In this document: piece by piece, positions 49,812-63,300 of the stretch
How positions within the stretch are numbered: the first letter of the stretch is position 1
How the letters are laid out: every line of letters begins with the position of its first letter
Origin: Anolis carolinensis
Lineage: Eukaryota
DNA: 64,000 nucleotides
NCBI RefSeq assembly: GCF_035594765.1
Contig: NC_085843.1
Location: 264,407,971 to 264,471,970, forward strand
Direction: 5' to 3'
The notes under the pieces: generated by a model
Told to the model about the DNA's origin: nothing
The model's input: the letters and a program-made list of their open reading frames with translations, nothing else
The model's database searches: none
Program-made: the position numbers and the translations under genes

Positions 49812-50005
49812 CTAATCCTGCTGGATCTACGAGGCAGTGATGAGTCCGTAGATGTTTTGGAACTGTCTGATGATCTTGTAATCTCTTCTTCTGTGTTAAA
49901 TGATAATTCTGTGGAGTCAGTCTCAAAGTTGACATTTCTCCTAGGGAATCGTGGTCTGTTGGTCCAGTTGTATACCCTGTTATTGTCATAATCCATTTTA
50001 TCCCG
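49754..50005 (-). CDS. 5'-truncated upstream ORF of the PLE (Ser/Arg-rich)
   Basis: RDKMDYDNNRVYNW...RRNVNF...RRSSRIR; the RD..DY...RVY.W pattern recalls Neptune N-terminal regions. The annotated Met at 50026 lies in flank outside the putative TSD. Confidence 0.6.
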   Translation of the reverse strand, partial: RDKMDYDNNRVYNWTNRPRFPRRNVNFETDSTELSFNTEEEITRSSDSSKTSTDSSLPRRSSRIRSQQPIPHFQRAYRKKTRP

Positions 50006-51439
50006 GTTACATGCCCCAATTTTCATCTACAAAATGTTGAAGGGTATTACAAGAAACCCATGCTTGCTATCTTGAGCTCGTTGGGTTAAAAAAGGTAGGC
50101 TATAATCAGAGCATAATAACCACAATCATAATCATAGATTTTATATGTGGAATGCTTTAGTACTTTAGAATAAATATGGCAGGGTCTAGAAGCTCACAAT
50201 CTAAATCAGATATAGGAAAGGAGTAATTAAGGCATGGAAAGGCAAGGCAAGAATATATGAGTGTTTCAATTAAAAACAATTTGCCCTGGTTACAATAAAG
50301 TAATGAGGAAATGCATATTAGACTTGAGTTACGGCAATCAATCACTTTATTTATATCCTGCCTTCTTCCCAAGGGTGTTTTACAGAATAAAAAGAGATAC
50401 AAGAAAAACACAAACTAAAACACTAAAATAATATTCAATATTAAAATAATATTTTAAATATCCATAGAACTACATAAAACATTAATTTGAAGGCATAGAC
50501 TGAAAATGGTACATCAGGGCATATGAGCTGAGGGACTAAGGGAAAAAATCAGTTGTAGCAGTTCATGACAGCTTAATTTGCTAATATTTTAGGATGACGT
50601 TGGTCTTAAAGGCACAAAATACTTTTTGCCTTAGCTATTTGAACAGGCATTGAGTGACCAACTGGCTGTACAGAAAGATCTTTAATCAGTTACTTAGTGC
50701 TGCATTTTTATTGTTCATGTTATGTTTTAAAATAGTTTCATATTGTTTTAAAGTTTTGAGGTTTTAATATGGTATTTTCTTTTATTCCCTTTTTTTCTTA
50801 ATGGGTCTGCCTTCATATACCTATTTTAATGTATGTTGTGCACCAGCTTGTGGGTACCACTAGGAGAAAAGGTGGGATATAAATAACGTATAATAGAATA
50901 TTTCATGTAGCATAACATTTATAAGGTCCAGTTCTGTGAATTGTGCAGAAAGATATTTACCTAAGTGCTGTCATTAAGCTGTTTCCCATTTCCCAGAAGA
51001 TGGGCAGAGTAGAAATTGACAAAAAGAAGTAGCTGTAAATCTGAATTGTTTATTAGACTCCAGTATTGATAGAACCATATGGCATTATTGATGGTATTAT
51101 AATAACGTGCAGCATAATTCTAATTTATATTTCTAGTTCATCCCCTCAGAGTTATGATTTTCAGTCCAAGGAAGCATACAAAGGATGAATTCCATCAGGA
51201 TTTTTGCCAAAAGCCAATCAATGATTGTCAGTCTATACTCATTTACATAAGCTAAAGTGAAGTTATTGACATGTGTTTAGATAGGACAGTTTCATACTGA
51301 GAGGAACAAAAGTGAGAAGAGTTGGGAAAAGTTTGCATGAAACATAATGACAGTGGTTTCTCACAACAAAACTTTCCATTAATACTGAAGGATGCTATGG
51401 GAAATATTTCCTATGGTGTTTGCAAAATATTTGATTATA

Positions 51440-52045
51440 GCCAGCATGTGTAGTGGTTTCAGTGTTGGACCCTGAGAAATCAAGCCTTGAATCTTCACTT
51501 AGCCATGGAAATCCACTGCATAACCTTGGGCAAAGCACACTCAATGGACATAAAAGTCAACATCAACCCCTATTGCCCACAAACAAACCTTGTCAAGAAA
51601 ACCCCAGGGCATGTTTGCCTTAGGGACATCTTAAGTTTTAAATGATTTGAAGGCACAACAACAATGCCATTTGCATAGTGTAGTGGTTTGAGGGTTGGAC
51701 TATGGACTAGAATACAATTTGCATCCTTGGTTAGCAAATGTGCAAGCTATACAGTCTTGAGATCTCCTCACATTAGAGTGCCTATCCACTTTAGGCACCT
51801 CCACTTTGTGGCTGCCTCCTACAGAATTCTGGGTTTGTAGTTTAGTGAAGTCCAGGACCACTCTGAACAGTTTAATGACCCCTTCCTAAACTACAAGCTC
51901 CAAAATTCTTCAGGAAGCAGCCACAGCATCTAAAGTGGATAGATACTCTATAGAGTGATGAGGATCTTACTCTCAGAAAATCATCTGATAGGTTTGCCTT
52001 AGAGTAGCCATAAACTGGAAATAACCTGAAAGGCACATGACAACT
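51440..52045 (+). mobile_element. Two tandem MIR/CORE-like SINEs, the second with a palindromic MITE at ~51765-51965
   Basis: Repeated TGTAGTGGTTT.AG.GTTGGAC heads and GAAGGCACA..ACAAC tails. Internal inverted repeat TATCCACTTTAG / CTAAAGTGGATA. Confidence 0.65.
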
Positions 52046-53796
52046 TCACACATAAATATAGTTTTTCATTTTAAGTGAAATCTAACATTTCTCTAAACTG
52101 GGGTAAGAAAAGTATGGCTTGTGGCAACATATAGCCGTCAACGCTTTTTTGCTGCCTCCAAGTCTTGTAATGTCCCCTCTCATTCCCCCCACCTGCCAGA
52201 AAAAAAATTAATATAAGTTGGTAGTGCAATTTCACTCTGTTTGGTTTGCAGATAGATATAAGAATTGTCAGTCAGGAGTGGAGGAAGATACGGAGGGAGA
52301 AATCCAAGTGCACATGGCAATGCCAAAGAAGCCCCGCTCTAGTAGCACAGTTATGGAGCCCTTCATCCAGTCAAAGATGTGGCAAAAACGTGATGGAAAT
52401 TGTGAGAGATAGTAGTGAATTCTCAATCAGAGCAATTCCTCTGCTATGCACAGGAGGAACAATTCACTCATGCCAAACAGGGTCTAGCAGAGTAAGAAAA
52501 TTAACTTCTTTGTAAGTTGTAAGAAATTGTAAGAAATTTTACACCCAAATATTAATGCATAATTAACATATGCCCGTCTTCTTGAAGAAAAGAAGGGGGT
52601 AAATAAAGTACTACTTGGTATGAGAAAAGCTGGAGAACCTCACTGAGAGAAACTCTTCTCTCATATTCTTTCTTGAAAAAGTGAGGAAAAAAGAAATTGA
52701 GAACAGATAAGACTCAAATGAAGGAAGGCTATATGATGCAGGAAGAAAGTAGCTGTGAAAAAACAGTTCAGCAGGAAGTTACAATAAACTTGTACTTGAA
52801 CTCTGAAAAAATTATATGTAACTTTGCTCTTAGTGAATACAAACATGCAAAACTCCAAAACAAAGAAGACAAAGAAACAAGTGTCTCTGTCTTCCTTCTC
52901 TTTGATGTAGGATAATCTTTTCTATTTTGCACATTTCTAAGAATAAGTGCCCTGCTTCAGTTCAAGAGGTAAAGCTATTCTTGTAATGGAGAGGACCATA
53001 CTATACTTGCTTGTCAAGTAGCTGTTAAAAGCAAAGAAGCAGTCAATAAAGAGCTGGCAAGTCTTTATGAAAAACACAAATATGGTGAGGAAAGAATATT
53101 AAAAATAATTGTATGAAAACTTTTCAATTTTTATTGTTGAGAAACAAAGGGCACATTTGCACAGGCCAGTGACTGCTGAGATGGTCTAGAGTGGCAGTAC
53201 TCCAGACTGGCCCCAGAAGTGGCTATACTGCCCACCTCTGCCCAGCTGCAGTAGTGATACAGAATATAGATTCTCCAGTGGCCACTCTTACTTCTTCTTG
53301 ATGTTGTTGTAGTTGTGGCCATGGAGCTCCAAATTGCTCTTGGTCACCACTAAACACCTTTGCTGATGTAAGCAAACACACACATATGAGTTGGAAAGGG
53401 GAGGGGGAAAGGAGGAGGTAGTTCATCATCTCTCTTCAAGATCTTTGTCACTCTGTGGTTGCTACTACATCAACATTGGCACAGGTATATGTCACCCAAA
53501 TGTAGATCGTGAGGAAAGGGACATGGTAGCACTGGCCTATGTGAACAGTGGGTCCAGTTCTGGATCAGAACTTGGGGAAGCTCCAGAGCATTCCCTAACT
53601 TTTCATAACATGAGGGATAACAGCATTAATTGGCTGTGCCCCACTTTGGGGATGAGACAGCTCTATGCATAATGTAAACACCCCAGACCTGATTCTAGCC
53701 CACTTTGAAGCATCATGCTTGTGAAGATGTGTCCTGATGAGAGGAGTCTGGAATGATGATAATCTTCACAGTGGGTATTATGTGCAAAATTTATAC

Positions 53797-55840
53797 ATGG
53801 CCACATTGGAGCTGCGATTCAGAAGGTTCTGGTAGTGCTCTTTCCAACGTAGTGCAATTGATGTTTTGTCCTTCAGAAGTTTGGTTCAATCTGATGAGCG
53901 TAGAGGCCATGGTTTCTTGGTCCGTAGATGATCTTGTGGCTTTAAAATATCCCCGAGCATCATGGGTATCTGAAAAGTGTTGGATTTCTTCAGCCTTCTT
54001 TGTCCTCCAGATGTTCTTGATTTCTCTGGTTCTTCTTTGGACCTCAGCTTTTGCACTAGCATAGGCCCTTTTTTTAGCAGCACAGCTGGTGTCTCTCTGC
54101 CATGTTTGGAAGGCTTTCCTTTTGTTATCAATTAACTGTTGGATCTCTTTGTCATTATCGTCAAGCCAGACTTAATGTTTTTTAGTTCGATATACAATAG
54201 TTTCTTCACAAGCTGTGATGATGGAGGTCTTCAGTTTGTTCCAGTGTTCCTCAACGTTTTTGGGGTGTTCTATGGGTAGATGGTCCTTGAGTGTTGTTTG
54301 GAGAAGAGCTCGTTTGGAGGGCTCCTGAAGGGCTTGGGTGTTCATTTTGCGCCTTATTTTTCTTCCTTGGAGTCTGCATTTGGGGACGATCTTGATAGCC
54401 ATCATGGATTGGATTAACCTGTGGTCTGTCCAGTAGTCATAAGCACCTGTCATGACTCTTGTGAGAAGCACATTGTGGCAGTCTCTGGCACGTGTAATTA
54501 CATAATCCAAGAAGTGCCAATGCTTTGACCGGGGGTGCTTCCATGATGTCTTGAGCTTGTTTTTTCTGGCAGAAGAGCGTGTTGGTGATGTCAAGGTTGT
54601 GTTCTCTGCATTTGGTGAGAAGCAAGGTTCCATTTGAGTTGCTGTTTCCAACCCCGTCTTTTCCTATGATCCCTGGCCACAGGTCGGAGTCCTGTCCGAC
54701 TCTTGCATTAAGGTCCCCCAGGAGGATAATTTTGTCCTCCTTAGGTATCTCCGATAGGATGGTGTCCAGCTGACAATAAAATTTTCCTTGATGTCTTTGT
54801 CAGCATCTACTGTTGGTGCATAGGCACATATGATGATTTCCTGTTGGTTTTTGGAAAGGTTAATTCAGAGGGTTGAGAGTCGTTCGTTGATGCCAGTGGG
54901 TGCTTCAGTCAGGTGCTTCACCAGGCCATTTCTGATAGCAAAGCCAACTCCGTGTATTCTTTGCTCTTCTTCAGGCAGTCCCTTCCAGAAGAAGGAGTAG
55001 CCTCCTTTTTCTTCCTTCAGCTGTCCCTCTCCTGCTCTCTGGGTCTCCTAAAGGGCTGCTATGTTGATGTTAAAGCATCCCAGCTCCCTTGCAATGATAG
55101 CAATCCTGCGTTCAGGATGTTCACTGTCAGTGTAATCCAACAGTGTCTGTACATTCCATGTTCCAAAGTTCATTTTAATTTTTTGGCCGCAGAGTGGTGA
55201 CCCCTCTGGAGGCGGCAGTCCAGTCAGGGATAAGAGAAGCAGACTATGTTTAGGACACCTTTTCTAGCCCCTTCCCCTTGTGGGGCGAGCAGAGCGAATC
55301 CTAAAAAGGGCTGCTCAGTCATGGATACAGCTGCTGGACTACTCAACTGCCTCGGACCTTGAGGTAGAGCGACTGAGTCCGTATCCACTGCCCATGTGCC
55401 AGTCTGTGACTAGGGGCTTCCAGATTTCACAGTCCTGCCTCTGTCACCACTTGCTGATTACTATGGGACTTTTGTTGGTTCGTTTTTATTTTTCTTGGAA
55501 GACGGCTGTGCGTGACTATTTTTAATGTGTGGAGGTTAGTGCATGGCCGGTCAACACACAGTCTTCACAGAGTGAGGTCCCAGCCAGTGGCATGATTAAC
55601 ACGATGACGGTGGCTTCTCAGTCTGTTGCAGCCTTCTTCCGCCTTCACAGCTGTTGTAACATGTACCATGTTATCCTCTGCCTGCTCTGCCGTTGAGGTC
55701 TTAGGGTCTTCAGATTGTTCTTGGTCTGGATCCTCCCCTGTGGCCCCTCCTGGGAGTACATGACTCCAGTGGTTGTGCCTACAGGTTCTTTGGAATACGC
55801 AAGCCCCCTCACCACGGCAAGGTGACAATTCTTCGAGGGA
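53797..55840 (-). mobile_element. RTE-clade LINE: 5' UTR plus AP-endonuclease region, RT absent
   Basis: 5' end CACCTTGCCGTGGTGAGGGGGCTTGCG typical of RTE leaders. MNFGTWNVQTL, IAAL*ET, YAPT, LGDLNARVG, TSWKHPRSKHWHFLDYVI, WTDHRL. Contains stops and frameshifts. Confidence 0.9.
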
Positions 55841-57017
55841 TTAGCTTTATCATATCTACAACTAATATGTTAGACTTAGAAATTGCAACGTGAGACCATC
55901 CTATACCCTTCTTAGTGATGAGAAATTTCCTCTCCCAAGTCTAATAATATTGTCTCCAAATATTAAGTGGGCATGAGCTTGGACCTTTGGGTTTCCCCCA
56001 GTGTGACTTAACACATTAGTTTTCCTGATTTAAACTGAGGTTAATCCTGTAGTTTTTGAAGTTAATTGACTCTTGGTCATTATCATTCATTAGAATGGTG
56101 GCGATCCTTCTCCCAGATTAAGTGAAACTGCAAACAGCGAGGCCTCAGGAGAAGAAGGATTAAGTTAAGAGAAAATGTATCACATTGTTTTGTTGCTAGG
56201 AAAGCTGTGTATTTTTGTTGGGAGCATTTCAACTATACTTGGGCCAGGGGTATATGATAGACTCGCACTGGAGGACCTAAAGAATCCAACAAACACTTCT
56301 GGAAGAGAGATAATTATTTTTGGAGTATGGATAAGTGAAACCATGGACATCAAATTTAAGGATATGGGGATTTTACTGTATATGTTTATTTTGTTTTACA
56401 ATGTTAAAGACCTATCTAAGTAAGTGAAGTTATTTCCTCACTATTTTCTTTTCTCTTTCCCTTTCTTCCCCTCTTTCAACCAAGCTTTTGCTGTTTTTCA
56501 TCCACCCACTTCTTCAATGAGTCAGATACTTTTATAAGCTCGTTAGGTTTTTAGATGTCTAATCTTTTAAATTTTAGGTACTAACTTGGGATCGCCGTTT
56601 CCTGCATGTAAAACATTTTGCCCTGCCATTGATCTTTGCTGGGTATTTTTTAAAATTGAGAATGGGAATGCAGAAACAATGCAGCTATTCAGTTATATAG
56701 AAACATGTTCAGCATATGCTGACAGGGATTCAAAATATTTCAGAACAGAAATGTTATCCTTAATTTACTGACTGATCTTTACTACTGTACCAGCATCTTC
56801 TGGCTGAAATAAACACATAATTCTTTACTAACCTTCTGCATCACTCCTGATTAACCTTTAGCAACCAAAAATTAAGTGACTAGTATAAGTGGGTTAGAAA
56901 CAAAGAAGAGAAATGTGGATCAGTAAAAAATGTAAAGAAGTTACAAACTGCAAGAGCCTGGAGTGTGTTGGTTCAAGTGTTGGATTAGGACAGGTTCAAA
57001 TTCCTGTTCATCCATGG

Positions 57018-57152
57018 CAGTGGTTCTCAACCTGTGGGTCCCCAGGTGTTTTGGCCTACAACTCCCAGAAATCCCAGCCAGTTTACCAGCTGTTAGGATT
57101 TCTGAGAGTTGAAGGCCAAAATATCTGGGGACTCACAGGTTGAAAACCACTG
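57018..57152. mobile_element. hAT (Charlie/MER5-like) MITE
   Basis: TIR CAGTGGTTCTCAACCTGTG / CACAGGTTGAAAACCACTG. Degenerate 8-bp TSD ATCCATGG / ATCCATTA, with the second copy displaced beyond the L1. Confidence 0.88.
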
Positions 57153-57154
57153 AT

Positions 57155-57726
57155 GCAGCTAGAATAGTCTATGCCAGGAACTTGAGACAAAAAGAAATAC
57201 CGAAAAAAGAAGATTGGTTACACAAAGTGCTAGAGATTATGATTATGGACTGTCTTACATATTGGTTAACGCCCAATCACGGCTTACCCAAGAAAGAAAC
57301 TAACTGGGACCTTGTAAAAGATTATCTGAAACAGATGAAGATAGATCTCGTTTGTTGAAAGGATGCAATCTCAAGTAACAGAAGAAGACAGTGGGGAAGC
57401 AGAACTGAAACAAGAATATATGGATCGGATTTAAATTATAGAACCATCAAAGTAAGAAGGAATTTAACAAACCTTTTTTTTCTTTTTTAACTTTTTTTTC
57501 CTTTTTCTTTTTTTTCTTTTAGAATTCATTATTGTTAGAATCTTCATTTTAAATATATACTTGTATATATCTTTTTGCTCATTTTTTCCCCTTTCTCTCT
57601 TTTTTAGTCTCTTTTTTCTTTTGTATTCCTACTTTCTATACAACCAAAATGTTCTCACTCTTTCATTGTAACTTTATTTTATTCTATAAGATTAAAAGCC
57701 CAATAAAAAATTTAAAAAAAGAAAAA
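57155..57726 (+). mobile_element. 5'-truncated L1 LINE 3' end
   Basis: AARIVYARN..QKEIPKKEDWLHKV (L1 ORF2 C-terminus), T-rich 3' UTR, AATAAA and A-rich tail. 13-bp TSD GAAAACCACTGAT at 57142-57154 and 57727-57739. Confidence 0.9.
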
Positions 57727-59141
57727 GAAAACCACTGATCCATTAAAACCCACTGGTTTTACTGATATTGAGCAAGTCAAATTTTCCCTGCCTCAGAGAA
57801 AGGCCATGAAATTTCTAAACAAATTTTTACCAAGAAAGCTCTCACAATAGACTTGCCTTAGAGCCACCACAAGGCACACACAATAAATACAATAAGGTAC
57901 ATACTTTAGGACACCCTTTCCTAGCATAACAATTTCTTGATATGTTGGACTCTCATCTTTCCACATAACATCAACATTAAGTGGTCAATCTGGGGGGGGG
58001 ACTCAGTTGGGGGCATCACTTTTAAATAACAAAGATAGCACTTCTGAAAGTCCCCATAACAAAATGTAACTGTGTGCAAAATGTGATAGCCTCTCTGTCA
58101 CTCTCTGTTAATCCTGTTCTCTGTTTTGAGAAATGTTTCAGTTAATGTATTAATTAGCAGGAAATTATACAACTAATTAATTTCAGTATCATTGTTGATG
58201 GAAACAAAGGAAGTCACCGTTTTTTAGTCTTTAGGAAATTGTTTTCAAAATTATTTTATATCCCCCATTGAGAATGCCATCACCCTTGATTCATTTCCTT
58301 TCCAATAAAGCAAATTTGCCTTCAGAAGCCATCTGGGGATGTGATTCTCCCTTGAAACAAAAATAAGGACCCCACATCTTGTTTTAGCAATCTACATTTT
58401 TAAAAGTTTCTTTTGACCATCAATGCATTGGAAATAGAATGTATGCTGTACTTCAGGGATGAGACAATATTCAGGCAGAAAGAGCCAATTTTAACACTGT
58501 GCCCTTGCAGACTGCACTTTCATCACATCACATCTGGTCACCATTTTAAACCAATCTATAGTCAAAATTAAATACACCGATCTATCCCCAGTTACTCATG
58601 GAGCTGGCTGGCTCCCATCCAATGATGTTGTGCCCTCTCCATAGGTGAAGGAGGGTGGAACTGGTGTTGACTTTAATGGGGGGAAGCCACGCGGCACCAC
58701 ATACAACACCAAATGCAGCACCATACTCTCCATACTTCCCCCTATGGGATCAGCTGCTGGAGGTTGTAAGACTAGGAAGTTGGGTGTAGCACAGGGCAAA
58801 CAACCATGCTTTAAGGAGGTTTCTGGTGTTTTGGTGTGGTTTCTAGTTAGAAAATTACCTCCAAATTATATTCGTTATTCAAAGTGGCTTCCAAGGTCAA
58901 AAATGTGCCCTACAGGATACATTCCCGTCCTATAAAATGACTATTTGGTGCAGTTGTAAAGTAGCCCAACATTATATCATGTTGACATTATGCATAAAGA
59001 AGTACAACCAGTTTTGAGACTGAAGTCATGATGACAAAGAAAATATTTATGTTCAAATATAGAAGAATGCAAGAATTGAAAAAAATGCATCATTGATATA
59101 GTAAACTGAAAGCCTATCTAGAGGGTCAAAAGCAATACTAA

Positions 59142-60345
59142 TAGAATCAAAGAATCATAGAATAGTAGAGTTGGAAGAGACCTCATGGGCCATCCAGTCC
59201 AAACCCCTGCCAAGAAGCAGGAAATCGCATTCAAAGCACCCCCGACATATGGCCATCCAGCCTCTGCTTAAAAGCCTCCAAAGAAGGAGCCTCCACCACA
59301 GTCTGGGGCAGAGAGTTCCACTGTCAAACAGCTCTCACAGTGAGGAAGTTCTTCCTGATGTTCAGGCGGAATCTCCTTTCCTGTAGTTTGAAGCCAGTGT
59401 TCCCCGTCCTAGTCTGCAGGGCAGCAGAAAACAAGCTTGCTCCCTCCTCCCGATGACTTCCCTTGATGTATTTGTACATGGCTATCATGTCTCCTCTCAG
59501 CCTTCTCTTCTGCAGGCTAAACATGCCTAGTTCTTTAAGCCGCTCCTCATAGGGCTTGTTCTCCAGACCCTTGATCACTTTAGTTGACCTCCTCTGGATG
59601 CTCTCAGCTTGTCAATATCTCCCTTCAATCGCGGTGCCCAGAATTGGACACAGTATTCCAGGTGTGGTCTGACCAAGGCAGAATAGAGGGGTAGCATGAC
59701 TTCCCTGGATCTAGATGCTATACCCCTATTTATGCAGGCCAGAATCCCATTGGCTTTTTTTTTTAGCAGCCGCATCACATTGTAGGCTCATATTTAACTT
59801 GTTGTCCACGAGGACTCCAAGATCTTTTTCACACTTTCTGCTGTCGAGCCAGGAATCCCCCATTCTGTATCTTTGCATTCCATTTTTTTCTGCCAAAGTG
59901 AAGTATCTTGCATTTGTCCCTGTTGAACTTCATTTTGTTAGTTTCAGCCCATCTTTCTAGTTGTTAAGATTGTTTTGAATTCTGCTCCTGTCTTCTGGAG
60001 TGTTGGCTATCCCTCCCAGTTTGGTGTCGTCTGCAAACTTGATGATTGTGCCTTCTAACCCTTCATCTAAGTCGTTAATAAAGATGTTGAACAGAACCGG
60101 GCCCAGGATGGAACCCTGTGGCACTCCACTCGTGACTTCTTTCCAAGATGAAGGCGACGCATTGGTGAGCACCCAACGTTAGCTAAAAAGCCTTTTTTGT
60201 TGTTTTTAATGTCCCTGGCATGCCTGAGCTCATTTTGTGCTTTAGCCTTGCGAACCTTTTCCCTACAGGAGTTGGCTATATGTTTGAATTCTTCTTTGGT
60301 GATTTCTCCCTTTTTCCACTTCTTGTGCATGTCTTTTTATTGACT
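59142..60345 (-). mobile_element. CR1 LINE, 3' ~1 kb joined directly to an upstream ORF2 segment
   Basis: ATAGAATC tail; [22 protein letters not shown]...[10 protein letters not shown]; [17 protein letters not shown]. Jumps at ~60176 to [23 protein letters not shown]. Confidence 0.93.
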
Positions 60346-63300
60346 TTTATCCTGACACATTACATTTATGTCCATTTGCATCCTAACCAGTGTTTTGGCC
60401 CTTAAACCACTTTAAAAAGAATGGCTTTTTACCCCACATTCTGGCTGAAAATCTAAATATGTTTCAGTTTTTCCATGTGGTTATTCTGAACAGATGGCTT
60501 TGCACTGGAGGTGTAGCAGTAGTTAGGAATGGGCTGAACTGGTTGGCAGGAACTGACAAAGGCTCAGTCATGGCTGAATGTTTAATTTGAAATTTGTAGC
60601 CTCTATATGTACATGTAATTATGTATGCATATATAGAGCTGAAATATGTACATTTCTATGTATTTTGGGAAGAAGAAAGTGATGCGGTCACTGCTCTGTG
60701 ATGTTCTCTGTGTGATTTGAAGTGGAATAGTTTGGGAAAGATGAAGCTTTGAACTCTTGCTTCCCTTGTTTTAAAGAGGGAATAACGTTTCTCTATTTCG
60801 CTCACACCTCTTATTTCTAGGGCAAGCTGAGTTGGTTCCCCAAAGAGTCTTTTATTTAAGTGGCCTTTCTGTTTCTTGGGATGAAATTTTTAACTCCCAG
60901 GTAAGCTGTGAAAGGAATGAGGCATTATCCCCTGCATTTCCAGTGTGATACAGTCCTCAAAGCTGTACTAAAAGTCCACTTTTGTAGCTTTGCTTCAGCA
61001 GTCAGCTTTGCTGATACTGATTCCTGTCCCACTTTTCATCAGCCCTGGCACTTGAGGGTTACAGCTGGATTTTAAAAAGAGAAGCAGTGTTTAATTCCAC
61101 ACCTGCCACCAGCCTTCAAAGCCAGTATATCACACCCATCATAGGGCATTTATTTCCTATTAGGAGAATGCCTGGAGACAGACTGCACGTATTTCAGACC
61201 AGCAGACCTTGTGTGTGTATATGTGTGTTCTGGATTCTCTCTGCTCAAATGCAGTCGTAGGTCACCACTTGCATTTGTCCTGCTTCGCACTTCTTCACAT
61301 GAACAAAATCAATACCCAATTCAACATGAATGGCAGCTATTGTTCAAGACTTGGGAAATAATGAGGGTTTCAAGCCAGCCGGAGCTGAATGACGGAAGTA
61401 GCAGGGGAAAGTAGTACTGGATTTGCTTTTGTCTTGGCTAGTACTGCTATAGCTCCTGATTTTCACATTAAAAGAAAAGAGAAATTGAAATATATAACAT
61501 TTTGTCTTCTTTTAAGAAAAAGAAGAGCCATTATAAAAAGAATGCCTAATTGTGTGCTGATGGGATATTGATTTATTTTATTTTAAAATAAGAGCTAGCC
61601 CATTCCCTCTTTCTCTGAAATCATTTAATTCCCTCACAACTGAAAGAATTCCAGGGTTGGGGAAGACTTTTGTTCAGAGCAATGGTGGCTATATTTTAGA
61701 TCAAATTTTAAAGAAGCTATCTAAGTGTCACTCAGAAAAAAAGATGCCAGTACACTGGGATTGCAAGACCTGAGTAGGACTGTTGATGGCTGGGGTCCTT
61801 CGAGCTTTCGTAATCACAACAGCTCAAGGACACTAACCCTGTTTTGGGAAGAGGGTCCTGTGCCTTAGATTGATCCTTTATAGTATGGACTAAACCCCAA
61901 AGTGAAATCACTGCTATACTTACAAAGGAGGTTCACTGACTGAAAGTTCTGCTTTTCCCATGCTCTGCTTCATCATCTTTCTTCTTCTTTTCTCTCCCTC
62001 GCTTCATGTTCTTCCTGTTCTCTAGCCAACCCACCTTCATGCCATGCCCTATATTCTTGTGATCCTTTAAGATACCTTAGGTATTTCTTCAGATATTTTG
62101 ATCTATACTTCCCATCCCCCCTGAACATTAATTACACTAACTGAGGCTGAGTTGTAGCCCATCTGAAGGGACCCATATTGGAGATAGCTGGCATAAAGGA
62201 TGTAATGAAATTTGTGGGTGGGTTGTGGATGTAAGTATTGGGCTATTAATTTTACCAGGCTGATTCCTTCCCTTTAGGTTGATTTCAGGAAGTTTAAATA
62301 GTGTGTTTTTTATTGTTTGCCTTTCAATGCTTGTTTTAAATGTTTTAATGCTATGAATACTTTTGTTACATTTTAATGAATACTTTTAATATGCTTTTGC
62401 TTATGCTTTTGTAAGTACTTTTAACTGTGTTTGTTTTAATTTTTCTAAACTGCCTTGAATTACAGTATTGGGAAAAGACTGAGATATAAAGGAATGAATC
62501 ATCATCATCAACAGTGGGGAAAGTCAGTAGGATATAAATGGATCATATTAATCTAGTAATTAAGGTCATCAGATAAATGGATAGCAGACTCTTGCTTTGC
62601 TTTAGTTTAATGATGAGCATTCTCAGTCAAAGGCTTATTCCTGTTACTATGGTTCCAGGGCACCAGGAGAGCAGTCTATGTGCACAGTCTATGTGCACAT
62701 GCAACAGTATCCAGCAGTTCTGGAGCTTGAAGAAATATTGTGGGAGTGAGGGAAGACTGCTGCAAACCTTGTAGATTCTTATGTTGGTAGACATTTGCTA
62801 TGCTTGCTTCCTGACCCCGTTTTGACAATCCAGCACACTTGGCAAGTGACATTTTGATATATATTAAAAATAGAACAAAATGATATACAGTCATTTCTCC
62901 ATATCCATGGGATCTTTGTCCACAGATTCAGCCATCAATAGCTTGGAAAATTTCCAAATCCCCACAAAATCCCTTCATTTTGTCATTTATATAAGAGGTG
63001 ACATTTTTCTATGTTATTGTATATGATGATACTTAAGCATCAATGGATGCTGATATAACAGGAGGATCTAAAACCAAACCTCAGCTGTTACCATTGTACA
63101 CGTTGAATGTTATCTTTCTGTGGTGGATGGATTTGAGGGGTCAAGTGGACTTTCTTCTGATCTCCTCCTTCACTGATGGACTGTGGTGGTTTTATTATGT
63201 AACAGGGTCTGCCATGGGCAGCAGTGTTTGGACCACCCCTTTGGAACCCATGGCTGGGTGAGAAAGACCAACAGAATTTGAACTTTATGGAGACTATGAC

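Larger units (their letters stand above)
46789..50005 (-). mobile_element. Neptune-type Penelope-like retroelement, 5'-truncated
   Basis: Contains the RT-GIY-YIG ORF, an upstream ORF remnant and a ~0.75-kb 3' region ending in (TA)n. Flanked by a 9-bp direct repeat GTTACATGC (46780-46788, 50006-50014). Confidence 0.88.
56960..57885 (+). mobile_element. MIR/CORE-like SINE split by a hAT MITE and an L1
   Basis: Head with B box GGTTCAAATTC at ~56993; body resumes after 57740 (GAGCAAGTCA...GGCACACACAATAAA). Confidence 0.65.

Noticed and set aside
55690-55845. HDV-like ribozyme at the RTE 5' end (TCACC-TTGCCGT-GGTGA hairpin, CCCTC/GAGGG pairing)
   Set aside because: I could not place a P2 3' strand, P1.1 or a catalytic-C junction by eye. 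It may be structured but is not supportable as a ribozyme without a descriptor search.
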